Shown: piece by piece, positions 1 through 9,069 of the stretch | Layout: every line of letters begins with the position of its first letter | Numbering within the stretch: the stretch's first letter is position 1 | NCBI RefSeq assembly: GCF_009834535.1 | Contig: NC_045696.1 | Coordinates: 98,210,001-98,274,000, forward strand | DNA length: 64,000 bases | From: Camelus ferus | Lineage: Eukaryota | Direction: 5' to 3' | Notes under the pieces: model-generated | What the model saw: only the letters and a program-made list of their open reading frames with translations | What the model was told of the DNA's origin: nothing | The model's database searches: none | Translations under genes and position numbers: made by a program

Positions 1-63
1 GTTGTTCAAGTATTTTGGCTAGCAAGGAAGTCACTTGCTCACTTAAACGTGTTGCTTACTTAC

Positions 64-134
64 CCTTCAAAATGCTCACCAGAATGGTGAGCAGATGCTA
101 GGGTCACGGTTACGAGAATCAGGAATGCCAGCAT
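64..134 (-). CDS. CPB1: Carboxypeptidase B1 (pancreatic procarboxypeptidase B), coding exon 1: signal peptide and start of the propeptide. The rest of the gene lies left of the window.
   Basis: Minus strand ATG CTG GCA TTC CTG ATT CTC GTA ACC GTG ACC CTA GCA TCT GCT CAC CAT TCT GGT GAG CAT TTT GAA GG|gtaagt = [24 protein letters not shown]. This matches the mammalian CPB1 N-terminus (human [24 protein letters not shown], recalled). 71 nt, phase-2 consensus donor. Confidence 0.96.
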
Positions 135-400
135 TGTACCTGACTAGGTCTTCTGGGTGGGTTTCTCCTGCTTTTATAATACGGGTGTTGTTTATTTTCT
201 TCTCCTGATTGAGAAGAGGCACTATCAAATCTTGATTAATGGTTTTCCTGGCATTGTTGCTTTGGTAGCTGTGAAAAGTCTGAGAGTATATCTCTCTCAA
301 CACCTGTGGAAACAGAGCAACTAATCTGAAGTTCAGCCTGTCTAATTTGGATGTCAGACCTTGAATAGTCTGGAGATAAAGGATTTTAAATAAAATCTAT
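135..400 (-). promoter_or_regulatory. CPB1: CPB1 5'UTR and proximal promoter
   Basis: TATAAAA at 178-172 (minus), ~45 nt upstream of the ATG. FOXA-type TGTTTAT 189-195; GATA sites 222-227 and 374-379; PBX/homeodomain TGATTAAT 233-240; E-box CACCTG 301-306 with TTTCAC ~30 nt away (PTF1-like); NR5A2-like TCAAGGTCT 364-356. Confidence 0.8.
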
Positions 401-414
401 TTTGTTGCCCTTAA

Positions 415-1329
415 AATTTTTGACTTGAGTATTACATACAACAAATTCTATAGATTTAAGTGTAAAGTTTGATGAGTTTTGACAAATGTATACACCCATA
501 TAATAAATATCCTAATCAAGGTACAGAACATTTTCATCACCCTAAGAAGTTCCTTTGAGCATCTTTCCAGTCTCTTTCTGTACTTCCCTCAGGCAACCAC
601 TATTCCCATTTCTAGCTTCTTGCATTAATTTTGTGTGTACTAAAACTTTATGTAAATGAGGTCATATGGTATATATTTCTTTGTGTCTGGCTTCTTTCAT
701 TCAGTATAATGTTCCTGAGATTTATTGATAATTTTGTTTGTATTATTGTCTTGTTCCCTTTTATTAAGAAGTGATAGTTTATTGTATACCACAGTTTATT
801 TTCTTGTTGGTAGATATTTACATTGTTTCCGGTTTTGTGTTATGAATAAAGCTGCAATAAATCTCTTATACAAGTCTTTTTTAGACATATGTTTTCATTT
901 TGGGTGGAAACAAATTCTAAGAATGGAATTGCTAAAAATAATGCAGGTGACGGTTTCACACCATCAGAGTCTGCCAAACATTTTTCACAGTAGTTGTTAT
1001 CATTTTAAACTTCCACCAGTATCGAGTTGCTCTGCATTCTTTCCAACATTTTGGTATTATTAGTCTTTAATTTTGGTAATTCAGTGAGTGTGCTGTGGTA
1101 TCTAACTGTGGTTTTAGTATGTATCTCCCTGACTAGTGACATTGAACATCTTGTCATGTATTTTTTGGTCATTTGTAAATCCTCTTTTGTGAAGCATCTT
1201 TTGTTTTCAAAGTAATTGTTTTTTTTGCCTTTTTATTATTGTTTTCTTTTATAATTTGTATATTTTATATTTTTTTCCAAGAAATCTTTGACTATCTCAA
1301 GGCCTCAAACGTATTTGCTTATGTTTCTT
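415..1329 (-). mobile_element. Old L1M (L1MC/MD/ME-type) 3' end, left part; interrupted by a younger L1
   Basis: Typical antisense L1M 3'UTR/ORF2 text (tttaagtgtaaagtttgatgagttttgacaaatgtatacaccc; ttttagtatgtatctccctgactagt). Continues collinearly at 5812. Confidence 0.8.
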
Positions 1330-4300
1330 TTTTTTTCCTTTGACGTTTTTAGGTGCTTTTTAATTATTTACACTCACAGAACCAAAATTCAAGATTTAAA
1401 ATATAGCCTTAGTAATATTTTGAATTTTTGTTTTATTGAAGGAAATCAATTACAATGTATCAATTTCTGGTTTACAGCACAATGTCCCAGTCATGCATAT
1501 ACATACATGTATTCATTTTCATATGCTTTTTTTGCACAATGTACCAGTTATGCATATGTATATATACATATATTTGTTTTCATGTACTTTTTCATTATAG
1601 GTTATTACAAGATATTGAATATAGTTCTCTGTGCTATACAGAAGAAATTTTTTTAATCTGTTTTTATATGTAGAGCTAACATTTGCAAATCTCAGACTCC
1701 CAAATTTATCCCTTCCCACCCCCATCCCCCCAGTAACCAAAGGATTGTTTACTATATGTCTGAGAGTCTGTTTCTGTTTTGTAGAAGAGTTCATTAGTGC
1801 CCTCTGTTTTTCTTTTTTAGATTCCATCTATGAGTGATATCTTACGGTATTTTTTTCTCTTTCTGGCTTAATTCACTTAGAACGACAGTCTCTAGGTCCA
1901 TCCATGTTGCGGAAAATGGCATTATTTTATTCTTTTTTATGGTGGAGCAGTATTCCATTGTATAAATATATCACAACTTCTTTATCCAGGTATTTGTCGA
2001 TGGGCATTTAGGTCTTGGCTATGTAAATAGTGCTGCTGTGAACATTGAGGTGCATGTATCTTTTTGAATTAGAGTTCTCTCTGGATATATGCCCAGGACT
2101 GGGATTGCTGGATCATATGGTAAGTCTATTTTTAGTTTTTTGAGGAATCTCCATACTGTTTTCCACAGTGGCTGCACCAAACTGCATTCTCACCAGCAGT
2201 GCAGAAGGATTCCCTTTTCTCCACACCCTCTCCAGCATTTATCATTTGTGGACTTTTGAATGATGGCCATTCTGACTGGTGTGAAGTGATACCTCATTGT
2301 AGTTTTGATTTGCATTTCTCTGATAATTAGCGATACTGAGCATTTTTTCATGTGCCTATTGGCCATTTGTATGCCTTCATTGGAGAATTGCTTGTTTAGG
2401 TCTTTTGCCCATTTTTGGATTGCGTTGGTTTTTTTTTTTTTTGTCATTAAGTTGTATGAGCTGTTTATATATTGTGGAAATTAAACCTTTGTCAATTGCA
2501 TCATTTGCAAATGTTTTCTTCCATTCTGTAGGTTGTCTTTTTGTTTTGCTCATGGTTTCCTTTGCTGTACAAAAGCTTATAAATTTAATTAGGCCCCATT
2601 TGTGTATATTTGCCTGGGTAGACTGCCCTAGGAGAACATTGCTAAAATTTATGTCAGGTAATGTTTTGCCTGTGTTTTCTTCTAGGAGGTTTATCATGTC
2701 CTGCCTTAAATTTAAGTCTTTAAGCTGTTTTGAGTTTATTTTTGTGTATGGTGTGAGGGAGTGTTCTAACTTCATTGATTTACATGCTACTGTCCAGTTT
2801 TCCCAACACTTCTTGCTGCAGAGACTGTCTTTTCTCCATTGTATATTCTAGCCTCCTTTGTCAAAGATTAATTGACCATAGGTCTGTGGGTTTATTTCTG
2901 GACTCTTTATTCTGTTCCATTGATCCATATGTCTGTTTTTATGCCAGTACCATGCTGTTTTGATTACTGTAGTTCCATGGTATTGTCTGAGTTCTGGGAG
3001 GGTTACTTCTCCAGCTGCATTCTTTTTCTTCAGTATTGCTTTGGCAGTTCTAGGTCTTTTGTGATTCCATATAAATTTTAGGGTTATGGGTAATTTGACA
3101 GGGATTACATTAAATCTGTAGATTGCTTTCAGCAGTGTGGCCATTTCACAATATTGATTTAACTAATCCAAGAGTATGGGATATCTTTCCATTTCTTTAA
3201 TCATCTTTAATTTCCTTAATCAATGTCTTATAGTTCTCCATGTATAAGTCTTTCACCTTCTTGGTAAGATTTATTCCTAAGTATTTTATTGTTTTGGATG
3301 CAATTTTAAAAGGGATTCTTTCTTTACTTTCTTTTCCTGCTATTTCATTGTTAGTGTAAAGAAATGCAACTGATTTCTGTATGTTAATCTTGTATCCTGC
3401 TACCTTGCTGAATTCTTTTTATCAGCTCTGGTAGTTTTTGTGGGGGGCTTTTAGGGTTTTCTATATATAGTATCATGTCATCTGCATATAGTGACATTTA
3501 TACCTCTTCTCTTCCAGTTTGGATTCCTTTTATTTCTTTTTCTTGCCTGATTGCTGTGGCTAGGACTTCCAAGACTGTGTTGAATAGAAGTGGTGAGAGT
3601 GAGCATCCTTGTCCTGTTCTAGATTTTTGTAGGAAGGCTTTCAGTTTTTCAACATTGAGTATTATGCTGGGTATGGGTTTGTCATAAGTAGCTTTTATCA
3701 TGTTGCAGTAGATTCCCTTTATACCCACTTTGGTAAGAGTTTTTATCATAAATGGGTGTTGAATTTTATCAGATACTTTTTCTGCATCTATTGAGATGAT
3801 CATGTAATTTTTGTGCTTTCTTTTGTTGATGTGGAATAGCACATTGATTGATTTGCATATGTTGAACCTTGTGTCCCTGGAATGAATCCAACTTTATTGT
3901 GGTATGTGATCTTTTTTATGTGCTGTTGGATTCTGTTTGCTAATATTTTGTTGAGGATTTTTGCATCTATGTTCATTGATGATATTGGTCTGTAATTTTC
4001 TTTTTTGCTAGTATCCTTGTCTAGTTTTGGTGTCAGATGATGGTCACTTCATAGAATGAGCTTGGGAATACTCTCTCCTTTTCAGACTTTTGGAAGAGTT
4101 TGAGAATGATCAGTACGAGTTCTTCTTTGTATGATTGGTATAATTCCCCAGTGAAGCCATCCAGTCCTTGTTCTTAGGGAGGTTTTTTTATTACTGATTC
4201 TGTTTCATTTCTAGTTATCTGTCTGTTCAAGTGGTCAGTTTCTTCTTGAATCAGTCTTGGTGGACTGTATGTTTCCAGAAACTTGTCCATTTTTTGTAGG

Positions 4301-5811
4301 TTGTCCAGTTTGTTTCCATATAGTTGTTCATAGTATTCTCTTATGGTTTTTTAATTTCTGTGATATTGGTTGTAATTTCCCCATTTTCCTTTCTTATTTT
4401 GTTTATTTGTGTTCTCTCTCTTTTCTTCTTGGTGATCCTGGCCAGAGGTTTGTCAATTTTGTTTACTCTTTCAAAAAACCAACTCTTGGTTTGATTGAGT
4501 TTTTCTGTTTTTTAATCTCTATTCTATTTGTTTCCTCCTTGATCTTTATTATTTCTTTCCTTCTGCTGACTTTAGGTTTTGTTGTTCTTCTTTTTCTAAT
4601 TCTTTTAGGTGATGGGTTAGGTTGTTTACTGTTCCCTTTTTGTTGGAATGGAGGCCTCCAGACTTGTTTCTGAGCTGCAGTGTGTGGTAGGCAGAGTTGG
4701 AACGCTTCAAGTACTCTTTATTGATGCTGCCCTTGTCCCTGCTTTGGCCTCAGTAATGTCAGTACTCTGCTCTGGTGTCCTCCAGGTTTTCTGCCCTCAG
4801 AGCTACTAGGACAGATTCGCAGACATCTGGGTCACACACCTGGATCGTGGCATGCTGTCAGGTCAATGCTGTCCCCAGTGCCACATCTGCAAACTGTATG
4901 CAGGTCTGCTGAAAATTCTGCACCTGCACTTGCTCCTGCTGTGTTCCAGAACTCTGCTCCTTGCTTGTCTTTGAAGTGCAGGTCCACAAAGGCACCCATG
5001 GAGCAAATCGGTCCCCTCTGCCTGGGGCTGTAAACAAATCTCAGTACCAACTATGAAGTTGTGGAACCCCTGGGTACAGATTCTGGTTTCAACACCAGCT
5101 CTGCCTGGGAGCCGTGCACCAGTGAATATGGTGGCTGTTGCTGAGCCCTGCCTCTCTTCTCTTGAGAACACGCCAGCAATGGTGCTGGGGGCCTGCAGAG
5201 ACAGTGGCTATGGCCCAGCTGCGTTGCACCCCTACCCCCAATGCACACCAGTAGTTTTACCTTTCTTTTTTTCAATTTTTTTTATGGGGGATCCAGGCTA
5301 TTCTGTTCTGTATACATTCCCAATCATGGCCCACAGTACACTCCAGCCCCCTGAGGCTGCCTCTGTGATGTCGGCCCCAGCCCTCCACCTGGCTCGGGCA
5401 GCCAGTCCCTGGCCCACATCCGCCAGCTTGCATCTAGGGCTGGGAATTGCAGGGACCTTTTGTGCCGGTTTATCTGTCAGCCAAGTGGCTGATGTGCACT
5501 CCTCCAAGACTTGAAGATTCCCCCTTGGTCCCACTGTCCTCTCCACTGGAGAGGGGGCGTCCAAGCGTCAGAGCACTATTCCTTCTTTGCTGCTCCCTCC
5601 CTGTGGGACAGATCCCACACTAATTTTTTTTTTCTTCTTTTTTTCCCCCCTCTTACCATATTTTGTGAGGAATTTTTTCTTTTGAAGTAGGCAATGTTCT
5701 GTTAAAGTCCAGCAGGTGTTCTGAGTGAATGAGTGGGTCTGTGGATGTAGCTCTTAGTGTATTCATGGGAGAGCTAAGAGCATCCTCCTCCTCTGCCATC
5801 TTGGTACCAGC
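1330..5811 (-). mobile_element. Lineage-specific L1 with retained 5'UTR, internal deletion of ORF1 and the endonuclease domain, degenerate ORF2 (RT and C-terminus) and 3'UTR
   Basis: ORF2 fragments in the track: 3498-3842 ([21 protein letters not shown]), 2848-3144, 2377-2775, 2190-2447. GC-rich 5'UTR 4629-5811 begins CCAAGATGGC (YY1-type). Degenerate TSD ttgcttatgtttctt (1315-1329) / ttacctatgttttctt (5812-5827). Confidence 0.92.
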
Positions 5812-6330
5812 TTACCTATGTTTTCTTAAAGGAGCTTTGTAGTTTAGGTCATTATTTATGATGTAAGGTATGGATCAACACATTTTAAAAAATATGGGTA
5901 TCCAGTATATCCAGTACTATTTGTTGAGAAGTCTTTTCTTTCCCCATTGAATTACAATTGGTGTCTCTGTCAAAATTCATTTGACCATATATGTGTGGGG
6001 TAATTTCTGGACTTTGTGTCATGTTCCATTGATCTATTTGTCTAATTTTATGCAGCTATCACAATGTCTTAATTACTATACTTTATAGTAAATCTTAAGG
6101 TCAAATAGTATATAAATCCTACAGCTTAGTTCTTTTCCAAGATTGCTTTGGCTGTTCTAAGTACTTTACATTCCATATATATTTCAGTATCAATTTGTCA
6201 ATTTCTATGAAAAAATATTGCTGGGATTTTGATTGGTATTGTACTGAATCTATAGATCATTTTGGGGAGAACTGATACAATTACGTGATTGAGTCTTTCA
6301 ACTTATAAGCATGTTATCTCTGTAAATTAT
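5812..6330 (-). mobile_element. Old L1M ORF2 fragment, right part of the element split by the young L1
   Basis: Antisense ORF2 text (ttgaccatatatgtgtggggtaatttctggac; gggattttgattggtattgtactgaatctatagatc) collinear with 415-1329. Confidence 0.8.
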
Positions 6331-6350
6331 CCTGGGTCTTTGTCAAAAAG

Positions 6351-6850
6351 TGTGAAGAGTCTGAGATGTTATCTTACCTACAAGATAAAAAGTTATCCAG
6401 TCACAGTTACATAGCTGCTAGCAGAAGACACAGTACTCCTGGCTAAGAATCAAAGGACTTTATTATGGAAATACAACAGTCAGTGTAAACTTTTTGTTTG
6501 TTTCAGTCCTTTTATTCCTCAGTCCTTTGGGGATGATGTGGAGGTGGGCCCAGGTGGATGCTGGGTACGCAGGTTTGCATTACAGTTGAGGTACACCAAG
6601 TTTAGGAAGCTCTCAATCTAATGAGTAAGCTGCTGGCAAATCTGCCCAACTCTTGTGCCAGAGGAGACATTAGCTTTATTTTCCTGGATGGCAAACAGAA
6701 CTTGCCATTGCCCTAGAGGGAGATGTTGTTTCTGTCTTTCAAGCTGTTTGCTATGCAAACATCTTTGAAAAGATAGTCCAAAATAAAACCTGTTCCAAGA
6801 CATGCAGAAACAGAGGGATCCATGAAGACTTGTCTGTCCCTTTCTACACA
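6351..6850 (-). mobile_element. Solo ERV LTR (LTR40-like)
   Basis: TG...CA ends, ~500 bp, reverse AATAAA (ctttatt ~6458). Resembles recalled LTR consensus tgtgaag..ctgagattttaccctacttgcaagctaac..gcagaagacac. Confidence 0.6.
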
Positions 6851-7249
6851 CTCTTGACTTCTGGTGAATTTTTCCATAAGTATGCTACTCTATTGGTGGT
6901 CACTCTTATTAATCTGACAGGCAGGGGTTGGGACCAATTCTATTCAATTTGCCAGATGTGGCATTTAATTAAGGTAAATATCAATAGGACTCCCAGCAGT
7001 ATGATGAAACCAATCTGTAATACTGACCTCACCCTTGCCTACCTAGGGTACCAGACCCAACCAGCTGAAGAAATTCCATAAACTATCAGTTCCTGTTTAG
7101 AAAATCAGGTAGCTTTACTCTTAAATTGCAATATTGACTGCTCCACTGAGACAATAATACAGTTACAACAGGAAATAGTAGCTATTGCACAAACTCCACC
7201 ATTGCCTGCAAGAAGAGGGTCGAGAGCAACTCCATCATAACCAACAACC

Positions 7250-7620
7250 CTGGTCTAAACTAGCTAAATGAAAGAGAGAACTTGTTATTCATGTAACTGA
7301 AAAGTTTAGCAATAGTGCTGGCTACACAAGTTCTGTTGATTATGTTTGATAAGCCTGAGTCTCTCTTTTTGGTCAGTTCCACCATGTGATAATAGAATGG
7401 CTTCTCATAGGTCCAGTTTTGCATCCTGCTGGATTGGCAGTCCTATTGGAAAGATAGTTTATTCTTCTCTAATATTCTAACTCAGGTCTTCAGATTGGAT
7501 TTCAGTGGACTGACTTGGTACATATGCTTCTCTATACTTGAAGTAATTCTGTTGCCAGGATGATGGGATGTGCTGATTGACCAGGCCTAAGTCACCCCTG
7601 AAACCTTGGTATAAGCCCTC
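7250..7620 (-). mobile_element. Old MaLR LTR (MLT1J/K/L-like) fragment
   Basis: catgtaactgaaaagt...gccaggatgatgggatgtgctgattgaccaggcctaagtcac resembles MLT1 consensus. A second MLT1-like piece lies at ~7735-7890. Confidence 0.5.
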
Positions 7621-8394
7621 CATAAAATACTATAAAACTATGACTGCTGCTGCTACCTTTCCCAGGATAGATCTTGAGCAGTCTTCACTTGTGTTTACTA
7701 CCAGATCCTAAATCAAAATCAAGATCAAAGGTCAGGACCTAGCTACAAGGGAGGCTGGGAACGTCAAAGTCTGACTTTTAACTTTGGTAGTGGGAAGAGT
7801 CTCTGCCTCCTTTGGCTCCTTAGCTAGAGCATTCTCCAAACTTAGAGTAGGAGTTAGGATCTGGATGGCTAAAAAAGAATGACAAGTATACATTAAAGGA
7901 GGAAATAATCACTTGAGGATGACTTGTGGTATAGTACTTGGGACTATAAACATACTAGAGAATTGGTTTCAACTGTTGCTTTGTGGAGGTGGAGGGCAAT
8001 TAGAATTTTCAGTTGGTAATTAAAATTTATTTTAGTTAGTTGTAGTAATTTTTTCACAGATATTAAAATTTCTGCTTCTCATCTCATATTAATATATTTA
8101 AATTTTTTATGCATAGCTTGGTGATTAATAAGCTAAGAGGCACCTTTGTGTCTCTGTGTTTTATGTAACAGCACGAGATTTTGGAAAGTCTATAAAATGC
8201 CCTGTGGAGTTATGATTCATCCTATGTGATGTCTCACTTTCTGCAAGAGCACTTCCCCAAGCATATTCCATGATGTTCAATAGGAAAGGATTCTGAGGTC
8301 AAATGTGTTTGCTTTAAATGAAAACAGACACTTCTTTAGTGTAGGGCTTTTTGGAATTGTTAATATGTATTGTAAATCATCAAAAAGGGACTTT

Positions 8395-9069
8395 TAAAAT
8401 TTTTTCTATTTATTTAATTGAGTTATAGTCAGTTTACAATGTTATGTCAACTTATGGTGTAGAGCACAGTTTTTCAGTCATACATTAATATACAGTGTAT
8501 CATTTTCACATTCTTTTTCACCATGAGCTACTACAAGATCTTGTATATATTTCCTGTGCTATACAGTATAAACTTGTTTGTCTATTCTATATATACCTGT
8601 CAGTATCTACAAATCTTGAACTCCCAGTCTGTCCCTTCCCACCCCCTCCCCCCGGCAACTACAAGTGTGTACTGTACGTCCATGAGTCTGTTTCTGTTTA
8701 ATATTTAAGTTCATTTGTCTTCTAATTTTTTTTTAGATTCCACATATGAATGATATCATATGCTGTTTTTCTCTTTCTGGCTTACTTCACTTAGAATGAC
8801 ATTCTCCAGGTCCATCCATGTTGCTGCAAATGGCGTTATGTTGTCGTTTTTTAATGGCTGAATAGTATTCCATTGTATAAATATACCACAACTTCTTTAT
8901 TCAGTCATCTGTTGATGGACATTTAGGCTGTTTCCATGACTTGGCTATTGTAAATAATGCTGCTATGAACATTGGTGTGCATGTGTCTTTTTTGGATTAG
9001 GGTTCCTTCTAGATATATATGCACAGGAGTGGGATTACTGGGTCATATGGTAAGTCTATTCCTAGTCTG
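8395..9069 (-). mobile_element. 5'-truncated young L1 (3'UTR and ORF2 end) inserted in an old hAT-like relic (~8250-9260)
   Basis: Antisense L1 3' end (ttgagttatagtcagtttacaatgtt). TSD tcaaaaagggacttt 8380-8394 / tcaaaaatgggcttt 9070-9084 (13/15). Same subfamily as 22357-23127. Confidence 0.9.

Noticed and set aside
73..93. Hairpin TGCTCACCA-GAA-TGGTGAGCA
   Set aside because: A 9-bp stem is expected by chance in 64 kb and lies in CPB1 coding sequence, although it does cover the alternative donor.
76..303. Track ORF (75 aa) as an independent gene
   Set aside because: GTG start, no ATG and no recognisable homology. The real CDS is in another frame (134-64). Kept only as a splicing hypothesis.
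2190..5564. Numerous ORFs on both strands
   Set aside because: Broken L1 ORF2 pieces, their hydrophobic antisense shadows and 5'UTR frames; not host genes and not an intact L1.
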